A DNA stretch of 64,000 nucleotides, from the NCBI GenBank assembly GCA_052034955.1, contig JBPOHZ010000003.1, forward strand, positions 659 through 64,658, written 5' to 3'. Source of the stretch: Candidatus Saccharimonadota bacterium (GTDB taxonomy: Bacteria; Patescibacteriota; Saccharimonadia; Saccharimonadales; AWTP1-31). The notes under the pieces are model-generated. The model had not been told where the DNA came from and ran no database searches. It worked only from the letters and a program-made list of their open reading frames with translations. The translations under genes were made by a program, and so were the position numbers. Positions 9,830-20,337 of the stretch are shown here, one piece after another; within the stretch, counting starts at the first letter, position 1; each line of letters begins with the position of its first letter.

Positions 9830-11608
9830 ATGCAGTCTAAGATTCGTAACTTTTGTATTATTGCCCACATCGACCACGGCAAGTCGACGCTAGCCGATCG
9901 CCTACTGGAAATTACGGGGACGGTTCTTAAGCGCGACATGAAATCTCAGTTACTAGACAAAATGGATCTAGAACGTGAGCGTGGTATCACCATCAAGTTG
10001 GCACCGGTGCGCATGAACTATCAGGGATACGAGCTAAATCTTATCGATACTCCAGGGCACGTCGACTTTAGCTACGAGGTTTCCCGAAGCCTAGAGGCCT
10101 GCGAAGGCGCCATCCTGGTGGTAGACGCAAGCCAGGGCATTCAAGCTCAAACTTTAGCTAATGTTTACTTGGCTATGGCTGCTGATCTGACGATAATCCC
10201 TGTACTTAACAAAATAGACCTGCCCGCTGCTGACGTCGAAAAGGTGAGCGCTGAAGTTGTTTCGTTACTAGGGTGCAAGAAAGAAGACATTTTGCACATT
10301 AGTGCTAAGACCGGACAAGGCGTGGAAGCCGTATTAGAAAAAGTTATCAACGAAGTAGGCGAACCAAAGGGCAAAGTCGATGACCCAACCCGGGCACTTA
10401 TTTTTGATAGCTACTACGATGATTACCGAGGAGTAGTCTTGTATGTCCGAGTTGTAGACGGCTCAATTCCAAAAGCTAGCGATATAAAGATGATGGCTAC
10501 AAGTGCCCACGGTTTGGCCCTGGAAGTTGGATCTTTATCGCCAGCCTTAGTGCCGGCCAAAGAACTGCAATCTGGCGAGATTGGTTATATCGTGACCAAC
10601 CTGCGAAGTACCCGTGAAGCAAAGGTTGGTGATACTGTAACTCTGTCCAAAAACCCAGCCGTCGATGCACTGCCGGGCTATAAAGACGTACGCCCATTTG
10701 TATATGCCGGCATCTTTCCCGACAGTAACGAGAATTATCAAACCCTCAAAGATGCCATCGAAAAACTTAGTCTAAGTGATTCAGCCTTGCAGTTTACCCC
10801 AGAGAACTCGCCGGTTTTAGGCTTTGGTGTACGTGTTGGATTCTTAGGGCTACTCCATATGGACATTGTTCGGGAGCGGCTAGAGCGAGAATACGACCTC
10901 GATTTAGTTATAACAAACCCCTCGACCGACTATCAAATTACCCTTAACAACAAAACCGAAATAGATATCAAAAGTGCCTCAGACCTACCCGACCCCTCCC
11001 AGATAATGGAGATTCGAGAGCCTTGGATTCAAGGTGAGGTAGTTGTGCCCAAGGAATACGTTGGAGCTGTTATTCAGCTTATAAGTAGCAAACGAGGAAT
11101 CCAAAAGAATCTTAGCTATGTTGACGCTCAGCTGGCCCTAGTTAGCTTCGAAGCTCCGCTGGCCAACCTCTTAACTGATTTCTATGATCAGCTAAAAAGT
11201 GTTACCAGTGGCTACGGAAGCTTTAATTATGAGTTAGATGATTACCGAGCAGAAGATCTTGTTAAGGTCGACTTTTATGTGGCTGGCGAGCCCGTGGATG
11301 CCTTGGGTGTCATGGTTCATCGTAGCGAGTCACAGCGACTGGGCCGCGAAACAGTCGAGAAACTAAAAGAGGTCATTCCTAGGCAAAACTTCCAGGTCCC
11401 TCTGCAAGCTGGTATCGGCGGTAAGTTTATTGCCCGCGAGGACATTAGTGCTTACCGCAAGGATGTCACAACTGGTTTGTACGGTGGAGATGTTAGCCGT
11501 AAAAAGAAGGTTCTGGCCAAGCAAGCCAAGGGTAAAAAGCGCATGAAGCGTTTTGGCAAAGTGGACATCCCGGCCGAAGCCTTCACTGTCATGCTCAAGC
11601 GGGACTAG
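9830..11608 (+). CDS. lepA: Elongation factor 4 (LepA)
   Basis: G1 AHIDHGKST, G3 DTPGHVDF, G4 NKIDL and the LepA C-terminal signature GKKRMKRFGKVDIPAEAF. The ATG at 9830 is preferred over the in-frame TTG at 9827. Confidence 0.97.
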   Translation: MQSKIRNFCIIAHIDHGKSTLADRLLEITGTVLKRDMKSQLLDKMDLERERGITIKLAPVRMNYQGYELNLIDTPGHVDFSYEVSRSLEACEGAILVVDASQGIQAQTLANVYLAMAADLTIIPVLNKIDLPAADVEKVSAEVVSLLGCKKEDILHISAKTGQGVEAVLEKVINEVGEPKGKVDDPTRALIFDSYYDDYRGVVLYVRVVDGSIPKASDIKMMATSAHGLALEVGSLSPALVPAKELQSGEIGYIVTNLRSTREAKVGDTVTLSKNPAVDALPGYKDVRPFVYAGIFPDSNENYQTLKDAIEKLSLSDSALQFTPENSPVLGFGVRVGFLGLLHMDIVRERLEREYDLDLVITNPSTDYQITLNNKTEIDIKSASDLPDPSQIMEIREPWIQGEVVVPKEYVGAVIQLISSKRGIQKNLSYVDAQLALVSFEAPLANLLTDFYDQLKSVTSGYGSFNYELDDYRAEDLVKVDFYVAGEPVDALGVMVHRSESQRLGRETVEKLKEVIPRQNFQVPLQAGIGGKFIAREDISAYRKDVTTGLYGGDVSRKKKVLAKQAKGKKRMKRFGKVDIPAEAFTVMLKRD

Positions 11609-11614
11609 CTAAGA

Positions 11615-12058
11615 TTAACGGATTATGATGCGTGTAGCGGTCTGGTCCTTATCTTTGCCGGTAGTGATGACCGTTACATTAGAATCTTTTGTGACATCTT
11701 TAAAGCTTAGGCTATCACTGCCTTTTGTGACACGGGTCTTGTCGTTGATAACGATGGTTTTCTCGCTGCCATTGGCTTGCTTGATCTTTATAGACGTATC
11801 GGTAATGTCTACGACTTCACCAAGTACGGTGCTAGGGAACAGCGGGTTATCGGATATTGCGTTTAGGGGGTTGATATAATCTGTTACTTTTTTGACAGCC
11901 AATCTTCCACCTTCGCGCTTACCCATTTGGAATCCAGCGGCATACCCGGCGCCGGCCGATATAGCGACAACTATCAGCACTAAAAGGACGGTCTGAAGTA
12001 AGTCACGACGAATACGTACGCCCCTGTTTGGTTGACTGTCCTGAGTACTAGTTTGCAT
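11615..12058 (-). CDS. Membrane-anchored small protein with a C-terminal beta-rich (DUF5666-like) domain
   Basis: One TM helix (LLVLIVVAISAGAGYAAGF). The internal ATG at 12058 is preceded by GAGGAG. The ORF track extends to 12082. Confidence 0.6.
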   Translation of the reverse strand: MQTSTQDSQPNRGVRIRRDLLQTVLLVLIVVAISAGAGYAAGFQMGKREGGRLAVKKVTDYINPLNAISDNPLFPSTVLGEVVDITDTSIKIKQANGSEKTIVINDKTRVTKGSDSLSFKDVTKDSNVTVITTGKDKDQTATRIIIR

Positions 12059-12148
12059 TTTTTCTCCTCGATGCTTTTTCATATATATTAGTCTTAAATC
12101 AATTGTACCATAAGCGCAATCTTGCTATTGTATAGGTAACTCGAGATT

Positions 12149-15100
12149 ATGAAAAAAGAAGTACTAAAGCAGCTTATTGCCAAACCAACGCGTAGAATTC
12201 GTATTCTGGGCGGAGTATTAGCTGTTTTTGTTTTCACCAGTTTATTCGCCTACTACCTAGGGGTTGTGGCTCCCTCCAGGGCCAATGCATTTACAGGCGG
12301 CGGAGAGGGTACAAGTGCAAACCCGTACTTAGTTAGTACTTGCGACCAGCTACAGTCAATCAGAAATAACAGGTTGGACGCCACTTACGTATTAGTTAAT
12401 GATATTGACTGTGCGGCTACGGTTAACTGGAACGGTGGCCAAGGCTTCAATCCTATTGATGAATTTTACGGAAAATTTGATGGCCGTGGTTATGCTATCT
12501 GGAACCTGGTCATCAACAGGCCAGAAGCAACAAATGTCGGACTTTTTGGATATGTATTAAGGGGTGGTACCCAAATCAGAAACGTATGGTTCGAGAAGAG
12601 CCCACAATTTGCCGATAGAATAGACATAATCGGTAGATCACGTGCTGGTGCTTTGGTTGGAGATTTTAACGGTGCTGTAGTAGCGAATGTTCACAGTAAG
12701 CTGAACATTAGAAGTCGCGCCGTAACTTCCCAGGGTGGTGGCGGGGGTGCAGCGGTTGGAGGATTGATTGGTACCACTAAAACATCACTATTCCATAGCA
12801 GCTCATCGGGGACTATTAGTATTGAATCCAACAACTTGCCCGGTCGAGACATAAATATCGGCGGCTTGATCGGTATCTTTGACGATTATGAAATAAGCGA
12901 CAGGTGGGCAGCTATCTCGGATTCGTACTTCACTGGTAATATTGATATTATTTCGGAAACAACTCCTGCCGTTGGAACCTGTGGTGGCTTGGTCGGAGGT
13001 GCTGGTATATCAAGAGCCAACAATCAAGCAGAGATAATAAACTCATATTCCATAGGCAGAGTAAGCTGCATTAGTCCAACTAACACTATGACGGTAGGAG
13101 GTCTTGCAGGTTATGTTTACTCTGTCGACGACTCAAATCACAGTTTTGTTTTCAAGAATAGCTTTAATGCGGGGCCGGTAATCGCTAATGTGTCCACTGA
13201 CGCTAAAGGATTGTACGGAAGATACTTTCAGGATCCTGATGCCGGTGGTGACGCCGAAACCGACTTCTCGACTAATGTCGTTGACGTTTTTAGGTCTGAT
13301 ACGACCAATTGTGGTAGCTCTAGTGAGGCAGTAAATGACTGCCAGCTAGTAAATGTTAATAACGAACAGCCGGACTTCTTTACATCTAGCAATAGCAGTA
13401 ATAACAGCCTATATAGTCTATGGGATAAGAACCCCAATGGGGATTGGGTTATTGGAGATTCTTTCCCGACACACCAGCCTTGGTCGGTCATGACAAACTA
13501 TCCGACAAATGTTTCTGTCGAGCGTCAGGGAGATGATTTTATAGCTTCTTGGACTAAACCTTCCGGTGACGGCGTAAGAACTAGTGGGATAGTGGATTAT
13601 ACTATTAAGTATCGAGCAAAACAGAGTGTTGGCTGGAGCGATTGGACAAGCGTAGGCGCCGGGGATGTCGATACCTATACACTTAGTGGACTGACGCTAC
13701 CTAATAAGTTCCAGTTTGTGGTATCGGCAAGGATGATATCACCAGAGGTACCAGATCTATATGTAGTTGGCTTACCTTCGTCAACAGTCGAGTTTGCTAG
13801 TGGTATGCCCGATAGCGCACCCAGCAACATAACGATCACTCCATATGCCAAGACAGCAACAGTAGCTTGGGATCCACTGGACTCTGTAACGGTCGAAGAC
13901 GAGGGTGGTTATACGCTTGAGTATAGAAAAGTCGGATCATCTAGTTGGATCATTTCTTCGACAACCAGAAAAACAAGCACCGAGGCTAATCAGCTATTTC
14001 TAGCCGAGCCAACGGCTACAATTATAGACCTGCAACCCCAAGAATCTTATCAAGTTAGAGTCAGAGGAGGCAATAAGGCGGGCAGTGGACCAGTAAGTGA
14101 TCCTGTTTCATTTACCACGCCAGCTCAAGTCAAATACAATGTCAGCACTTGCCAGCAGCTACAAGATATCAAGAATGATCCGCTTGGTTCGTACACCTTA
14201 ACGCAAGATATTAATTGTAGTAACTTCAACTTCCACCCAATTGGCTCAATATTTGATCCTGGTGCAGACGACGCAGTATTTATGGGTGATTTTGATGGCA
14301 ATGGCAAGACGATTGAAAATCTAAGTATCATTGAGGACCTGCCAATTCCTGCTGAAGGCGAAGACACCGGTGGGATAAAAGCTGTGGGAATTTTTGCAGC
14401 AACATACGGTGCAAGTATCAAGAATGTGACAATCAAAGATAGTACTATTGCTGCCAATTATTCTCTGGAAGATAGTGTCGATGAGGACCAGAATGGCTTA
14501 CCTGATGCACCGGACTTCCAGCTAGAAGATATAGACGTACCCCAAGAGGTTCCTGGAAGTGTAGGGGATGCACAGGGCCAAGCAGTTAATACATTTGTAT
14601 CGGCTAGGGATGCACTCAGTGTGGTGTCTCCACAGTTTATATCCGACAGCTATGGGGCGATGGCCAAAGTTGCCGCGGGAGGTGTTATTGGTTTGGCTAT
14701 AGGCCCAGGGACTTATCAGGATATTAGGACAGTAAATACTGCTGTGAGGGGCGGAGAAGCTGCCGGAATAATTGGCGTACTGGTACCAATCTCGCCAGAC
14801 GATCTTCCAAATGTAATACAGAGAGGTGATGCAGAAAGAGGTGAGCCTACTGCTCTCAAGAATTTGCACTCTGACGGATTGGTTATTGGAAATGTTTCGG
14901 GAGGGTTGATTTCGGTAATTGCATCTCCACTTGGTAATGCACTAGGACTGCCAACCAACGTTATTATTCAAGATAGTAGCTCTAGTAGCGAAGTACAGGG
15001 CAATATTGCCGGCGGCCTGGTTGGGGCTGCACTAAATAGCTCAGTACTAAAGACAACCTTCGACTTAATTATTGGTGGCGCAGTTGGCGACATGAACGGT

Positions 15101-18100
15101 GGGGAACTAAAAAACACTATTGTGAACGGAATCAAGTACACCCTCGGGGCTCAGAATATTATAGTCAGAGATTCGGAAAGTTCTGGATTAGTAAGTGCCT
15201 GTGAATCGCTTTCTGGTTTAAGGCTGGCTTCGCTTGGTGGAATTGTAGGAGTTGGTGTTGGCGTTAGGGTTGATAGATCGACAAGTACCTCAGCAATTAC
15301 AAACTGTTCGTCATCGCCATCAGACTGGGGAGTTTATGGCGGATTTATGGGCGGAATTGGCGGAGCGTTAATTGCCTCAAGAGTTACAGATAGTTCTAGC
15401 ACAGGCGATATTACGGCCATTAACGATGATTCCGTAGAGCAAATATCTGTAGTCGATTCATATATCGGTTCGGTAGGTGGAGTCGCAGGACTATTCTTGG
15501 GTGGCGCCGACGATACAGACGGAAAATTTGCCTTAAGCGGAACTCATTCAGAAGGAGACATAACGCTTGATTCTAAGTCTAGCTTTGTAGGTACTAGCGG
15601 AGGCTTGCTAGGAATACTCATCGGAAGTGGCACTATAAAAGATTCATATAGTGAATCAAATATTACGCATAATCTAAAGAACAATCTGATCGGCGGTGTG
15701 TCGGTTGCCGGTGGTCTAACAGGCTTTAGTGTAAGTGGGGATGTCAACTGGATACTAGGCTCGGCATACGGATTCCCACAACTAGGGGATATTACCCATG
15801 GCTTAGTTATTGACGGATCCTACTCCAAGGGCGATGTTAAGGTTAAGAAAGATGGAAGTGGCGGAAGCTTGGCTGTAGGAGGTGGACTCTCTGGATTTAT
15901 GTTTGGCCAAGCTAAGATTACTAATTCATTCGCTACTGGTGATGTGACGGGAGGCTTGCCGGACAGAGTTGTTGCCGAAGGCGATATAGAAAATCCACTG
16001 GGCATACTAACGGGTGGGGGTGCTAAATATGGAGCTGCAGTATCTGGAGGTTTAGTCGGAACAAGCTGGGGCATGGATATACCCCTATTTCTGACACGGA
16101 TGTTGACCGGCATAACGGGCAGTCAGCTCGATAAAGACAGCGGCGGTGGCATAGTTATGGACAATACCTACGCTACTGGTGATGTGGATGGAAATTTAGC
16201 TGGCGGACTTGTTGGCTCGGCCGACATGAAAACCGAGATCAGCAAGTCGTACGCCGAAGGTGATGTAACCGGAGCAATTGTTGGTGGTGTCGTCGGCGAA
16301 ACTGGTGTAGCACAGGCCGTAGTTTCAGGCGCTGGTACAACATTATTTGGTATTGGCGTTTTGGGGTCAGCTAACGCATCCAACGAGAACCAAGTCCAGG
16401 GCGTTCTTGAAGCATCCAAGCTACTAGATACTGCCCAGTTTGCGATTGGCCCATCTGTAATAAATAACACTTATTCAACAGGTAAGGTAACGGCCACACC
16501 CGGGCTGAGTGATACTCGTATTTACGACGCAGGCAGCTTAACACCTGTTGATCCTATAAGGCTGCCATCTACGGCAGGTGGGATCGTGGGGCTTAACTTA
16601 TCCTTTGGAGGCAAGATATTAAACTCTTATGCGTCCGGAGACATTACTGTAAAACCAGATCTACCGACAGAATCAAGAGCTAATCCAACCACTGGACAGA
16701 ATGTCTCTGTCGGTAAGATTCCAAGTGTCGCCGGTGGAATCGTTGGTTTAGATATAGCCTTCCCAGTCCCTAGTATGTTCAAGATTTCAAGCGACACCCT
16801 AGATCCTGAACTTACTCAGCTTAATGCTGGATACTTTGCAGTTGATAATTCCGAACGTCAGATTAAAAATGTCTTTTCTACTTCAAGAATGAACCTCCAA
16901 AGCCAGACAATAACAGGTGGTGCCGTAGGTCTGTTTATCTCGCCTGCTAATTTTGTAGATGCATTTGTAACCGGTATCGAGACCACTCCAGAGGCTCAGG
17001 ATCGAACCTTTAAGACGGCTGGAGTATATCTGGATAAGTCTCGTATATCGGTATCTAATTGCAGTGGTCCTAAAGACACTGCCTTTAAAATTGCCTCTAG
17101 AATATTTGTTGACTCAAAATATAAGGGCTCCGATGGTAGAGATGTATTCGAGATTCCAGATCCTGATAATTCGGGCCAGCAGGTGTCGCTAATCGAAGTA
17201 CTCAAGGATGATCCCGATAAACTTCTTAACCAGCCATTTAATATAGGCCAGGCGCAACAAGAAAATCTTCCAACCGTAGGACAAGTTGTAGATAAAGTCA
17301 ACTCCCTGCTATCTATTCAGACAGCATGTGACTTTGTAAATACTGATGGCACCCAGGATAACTACTTTAAGCAGAACGACACTAACTATCCGATGAAGAA
17401 CTGGGACTTCGATAATGTTTGGAAAGTTAGGGAGAACGATTATCCAAAATTCGTTGCCGGAGCAAGTGTCGATAACGGTGGTAATGGTAACGGCGGTGGA
17501 TCAAGCAGTACAAATACGACCAACCAGTCCGGAAATAAAACAGTTGAGGTAACCGAGCCGAACGAAATCATAAGTAGCTTTGGCCAGGGGATAGCTCGAA
17601 GGGCCGGCTTTAACAGGGATCAAGAACAGGTCAAGGGACTAAAAGCCATCTTGGCAAGGATGCCAGTATTCTTGGCTCGGAGTATCCCTTATACACTAAT
17701 CTTGCTCTTGTTGATCCTGGCCAGCATGTATTCTTTCCAGGCATTGCGCGAGTATCGACAGCTAAGTGTTTACCACAAAAACATACTTAGAATTACCAAT
17801 ACTAAAGCGTCCATCGATAACTACTTGGCTATAACCACGCATTACCTAAACACGCCAGCCGCAATTATGGGTGGAGCTGTAGAACTCCTGACTTCACTCA
17901 AAAAAGTATCTGCAACCAAGGCTAGTTCCCTTGAATCTAAGCTAAAGAAATTTAGTGAAGCAGCTGCTGGACTGTTGACGTCTAACCAGGTTTCCAACGC
18001 CCAGTCAGCTAATGACGAGAAGCTGATTAAGCATGAGCAACCCAGCCCATTCAAGGCCAAAGCTGTTTGGATACCTGCCAGTATCGCCTTTGGACTAATT

Positions 18101-18982
18101 GCTCTGGCCAATGCCCTGTTCATCTACGCCGACGTCTTTAATAGCTCACCGTACCGCATCATGGTTGAGTTTGGTTTGCTGGCATTGGGCGTCTTCTTGG
18201 TCGGTCTAGCATATCGCTACCGAAACTTTATGGCCGCCACCAAAGATATAGCCAGACATCAATTGGCAATGGAATCACAGCTTTATAAAAAGCGAGAGGC
18301 TTTCATACCAGAAGCTATAAAAGTGGTCAGCGATAATTACGATGATATTCAGATAGCAAGCGAGTCACTCAAAAAGACCCCAGAAGCTAAGTTGTTCTTT
18401 AATGGACTAGCTATGTTGGGTGGAATAAAAGACGGATTAATAGGCATCAAGAAGTTTGCTTCATTCGAAGGCGAAGCACCATTGTTTGACGTCACAACTT
18501 ACATCAAAAAGACTATCCATGAGCAGAATACCAAAGCTGCCGACAAGAAGATAACTTTTGACGCCAGTATCGCTAACGGTCTAATCACCAGAATTCAACC
18601 AGAAGCCGTTAAACAGATCGTTGATTCTATCATCGATAACGCAGTCAAATTTGCCAAAGATGGCGGTCACATCGAGGTTCAGGCCTACAAACGATTCAAC
18701 CAATTAGTCTTCTCGGTTAGCGACAACGGAATCGGTATCTCCGAGAACAAGCTTCCAAGCTTGCTCAAGCCGTTCTCTCGTGGAACCGAATCCATGGAGT
18801 ATAACTACGAAGGTCTTGGACTTGGCTTGTACACCGACAAGGTAATAATCGACAAGCTCGGTGGAAAGATTAGTATTAGCAGTAAATTGGGCCAAGGAAC
18901 GGTAGTTACTATTTCATTACCTATGAGCCACGAAGTTAAGGCCTTGGCTCCGGTCCTGATCATGCCTGAAGCCACAGCTTAA
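12149..18982 (+). CDS. Giant (2277 aa) GLUG-repeat/FN3 adhesin-like ectodomain fused to a histidine kinase transmitter
   Basis: N-terminal signal anchor. Two GLUG-type head modules (..CDQLQSIRNN..DIDC..F.GKFDGRGYAIWNL...VGLFG and the second ..CQQLQDIKND..F.GDFDGNGKTIENL). Dozens of GGLVG/GGIVG turns. Two FN3-like domains at about nt 13500-14115. Three TM helices. HATPase_c motifs DNAVKFAKDGG, DNGIGI and GLGLGL. Confidence 0.85.
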   Translation: MKKEVLKQLIAKPTRRIRILGGVLAVFVFTSLFAYYLGVVAPSRANAFTGGGEGTSANPYLVSTCDQLQSIRNNRLDATYVLVNDIDCAATVNWNGGQGFNPIDEFYGKFDGRGYAIWNLVINRPEATNVGLFGYVLRGGTQIRNVWFEKSPQFADRIDIIGRSRAGALVGDFNGAVVANVHSKLNIRSRAVTSQGGGGGAAVGGLIGTTKTSLFHSSSSGTISIESNNLPGRDINIGGLIGIFDDYEISDRWAAISDSYFTGNIDIISETTPAVGTCGGLVGGAGISRANNQAEIINSYSIGRVSCISPTNTMTVGGLAGYVYSVDDSNHSFVFKNSFNAGPVIANVSTDAKGLYGRYFQDPDAGGDAETDFSTNVVDVFRSDTTNCGSSSEAVNDCQLVNVNNEQPDFFTSSNSSNNSLYSLWDKNPNGDWVIGDSFPTHQPWSVMTNYPTNVSVERQGDDFIASWTKPSGDGVRTSGIVDYTIKYRAKQSVGWSDWTSVGAGDVDTYTLSGLTLPNKFQFVVSARMISPEVPDLYVVGLPSSTVEFASGMPDSAPSNITITPYAKTATVAWDPLDSVTVEDEGGYTLEYRKVGSSSWIISSTTRKTSTEANQLFLAEPTATIIDLQPQESYQVRVRGGNKAGSGPVSDPVSFTTPAQVKYNVSTCQQLQDIKNDPLGSYTLTQDINCSNFNFHPIGSIFDPGADDAVFMGDFDGNGKTIENLSIIEDLPIPAEGEDTGGIKAVGIFAATYGASIKNVTIKDSTIAANYSLEDSVDEDQNGLPDAPDFQLEDIDVPQEVPGSVGDAQGQAVNTFVSARDALSVVSPQFISDSYGAMAKVAAGGVIGLAIGPGTYQDIRTVNTAVRGGEAAGIIGVLVPISPDDLPNVIQRGDAERGEPTALKNLHSDGLVIGNVSGGLISVIASPLGNALGLPTNVIIQDSSSSSEVQGNIAGGLVGAALNSSVLKTTFDLIIGGAVGDMNGGELKNTIVNGIKYTLGAQNIIVRDSESSGLVSACESLSGLRLASLGGIVGVGVGVRVDRSTSTSAITNCSSSPSDWGVYGGFMGGIGGALIASRVTDSSSTGDITAINDDSVEQISVVDSYIGSVGGVAGLFLGGADDTDGKFALSGTHSEGDITLDSKSSFVGTSGGLLGILIGSGTIKDSYSESNITHNLKNNLIGGVSVAGGLTGFSVSGDVNWILGSAYGFPQLGDITHGLVIDGSYSKGDVKVKKDGSGGSLAVGGGLSGFMFGQAKITNSFATGDVTGGLPDRVVAEGDIENPLGILTGGGAKYGAAVSGGLVGTSWGMDIPLFLTRMLTGITGSQLDKDSGGGIVMDNTYATGDVDGNLAGGLVGSADMKTEISKSYAEGDVTGAIVGGVVGETGVAQAVVSGAGTTLFGIGVLGSANASNENQVQGVLEASKLLDTAQFAIGPSVINNTYSTGKVTATPGLSDTRIYDAGSLTPVDPIRLPSTAGGIVGLNLSFGGKILNSYASGDITVKPDLPTESRANPTTGQNVSVGKIPSVAGGIVGLDIAFPVPSMFKISSDTLDPELTQLNAGYFAVDNSERQIKNVFSTSRMNLQSQTITGGAVGLFISPANFVDAFVTGIETTPEAQDRTFKTAGVYLDKSRISVSNCSGPKDTAFKIASRIFVDSKYKGSDGRDVFEIPDPDNSGQQVSLIEVLKDDPDKLLNQPFNIGQAQQENLPTVGQVVDKVNSLLSIQTACDFVNTDGTQDNYFKQNDTNYPMKNWDFDNVWKVRENDYPKFVAGASVDNGGNGNGGGSSSTNTTNQSGNKTVEVTEPNEIISSFGQGIARRAGFNRDQEQVKGLKAILARMPVFLARSIPYTLILLLLILASMYSFQALREYRQLSVYHKNILRITNTKASIDNYLAITTHYLNTPAAIMGGAVELLTSLKKVSATKASSLESKLKKFSEAAAGLLTSNQVSNAQSANDEKLIKHEQPSPFKAKAVWIPASIAFGLIALANALFIYADVFNSSPYRIMVEFGLLALGVFLVGLAYRYRNFMAATKDIARHQLAMESQLYKKREAFIPEAIKVVSDNYDDIQIASESLKKTPEAKLFFNGLAMLGGIKDGLIGIKKFASFEGEAPLFDVTTYIKKTIHEQNTKAADKKITFDASIANGLITRIQPEAVKQIVDSIIDNAVKFAKDGGHIEVQAYKRFNQLVFSVSDNGIGISENKLPSLLKPFSRGTESMEYNYEGLGLGLYTDKVIIDKLGGKISISSKLGQGTVVTISLPMSHEVKALAPVLIMPEATA

Positions 18983-19104
18983 GCCACTTTAGCTAGTTCC
19001 CGCATACTTTTGACGAGCTGACTCTACGTCGGCTAACTTGGTACGCCGACTGCGTTCGCAGATGCAGCTCTTGTAAAAATATGCGCCAACTGGCAAGGCG
19101 GCTG

Positions 19105-19569
19105 TTAGCCTTGGAGTGACTGGAGGTCGGATATAATCTCGGCAGCGTGCTTGGCGGGGTCGACTCCTAGATATTCCTTTGCTATCTGTCCCTCTGGATT
19201 AATTAGGAAAGTATTGCGGAGGATGCCATTATATTCTTTGCCGAACATTTTCTTTTTGCCCCAGGAGTCGTAAGCTTTAATGGCTACCGCGTCGGGATCA
19301 CTTAGTAAGCTAAAGTTGAGTTTGTATTTGGCAATAAACTTAGCGTGTTTACCGACAGAGTCCTTGCTTATACCGACTACCTCTGCATTTCCAAGTTCGG
19401 CCAAGCTATCTCGTGCATCACGGAAATTACAGGCCTCTTTGGTGCATCCAGGGGTGTCGTCTTTAGGGTACAAATACAGTACTAACCATCTGCCAGCATA
19501 GTCGGTCAATGTCTTGGCATCGCCATTTTGATCTGTTAGTGAAAAGTCTGGTGCTTGACGTAGTGGCAT
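19105..19569 (-). CDS. bcp: Thiol peroxidase / peroxiredoxin Bcp
   Basis: Peroxiredoxin motif PKDDTPGCTKEAC with the peroxidatic Cys. The 154-aa length is typical. Confidence 0.9.
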   Translation of the reverse strand: MPLRQAPDFSLTDQNGDAKTLTDYAGRWLVLYLYPKDDTPGCTKEACNFRDARDSLAELGNAEVVGISKDSVGKHAKFIAKYKLNFSLLSDPDAVAIKAYDSWGKKKMFGKEYNGILRNTFLINPEGQIAKEYLGVDPAKHAAEIISDLQSLQG

Positions 19570-19601
19570 AAAATCCTTACTATTACTACTTAAACTATAC
19601 T

Positions 19602-20318
19602 ATGTTTGAACTTAAACACTTAGACGAATTCAAACAACTCTTAGCCGACTACCAGATGTCGGACGAAGCCAAGCGGCTTATCGACGAAGTGCCATACGTC
19701 GGTCTTACCGGCATCGCAGGTGGCGGACGCAACACTATTATTACCGAGCTACTCAAGACCGGCAAATACTACTATATGACTTCGGACACAACTCGACCGC
19801 CAAGGTCCAACGATGGTGTCATGGAACAAAATGGTGTCCAGTACTGGTTTCGAACAGAAGATGAAGTGTTGGCTGACGTTAAAGCGGGTAAATACATCGA
19901 AGCGGCTGTAATTCATAACCAACAAGTCTCTGGGCAGAATGTTCGAGAACTAGCGATAGCCCGCGATAAGGGGCTGATAGCTATTAACGAATTTGAGCCA
20001 CAGGGTGTCGATCTGATTCGTAGAGTAACTAATAATTTTGTATCGGTCTTTGTGCTTCCTCCTAGTTATCAAGAATGGATGAGGCGCTGGCAGGCACGGG
20101 GCGAGATAAGTGATATCGAACGACAGCGTCGTATAGATAGTGCTCGTATGGAACTCAAGATGGCTCTAGAAAAAGACTATTATCACTTTCTGGTAAATGA
20201 CGATCTTCAGAAGACAGTAAAGGGGCTAGAGAAGATTATCAATGGCCAAATCGACCCCCGGCATGAATCAGCAGGCAAAAAGCTTGCCGGCGATATATTG
20301 CACGAATTAAGTAAATAG
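19602..20318 (+). CDS. Guanylate-kinase-family protein with an atypical P-loop (Lys replaced by Arg)
   Basis: TTRPPR GMP-binding motif, ..YWF.., EPQG, LPPS....RRW..RG and VNDD all align with Gmk. The Walker A reads GIAGGGRNT instead of GxxGxGK[ST]. Confidence 0.7.
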   Translation: MFELKHLDEFKQLLADYQMSDEAKRLIDEVPYVGLTGIAGGGRNTIITELLKTGKYYYMTSDTTRPPRSNDGVMEQNGVQYWFRTEDEVLADVKAGKYIEAAVIHNQQVSGQNVRELAIARDKGLIAINEFEPQGVDLIRRVTNNFVSVFVLPPSYQEWMRRWQARGEISDIERQRRIDSARMELKMALEKDYYHFLVNDDLQKTVKGLEKIINGQIDPRHESAGKKLAGDILHELSK

Positions 20319-20337
20319 TATATTTTTACATTAAATT

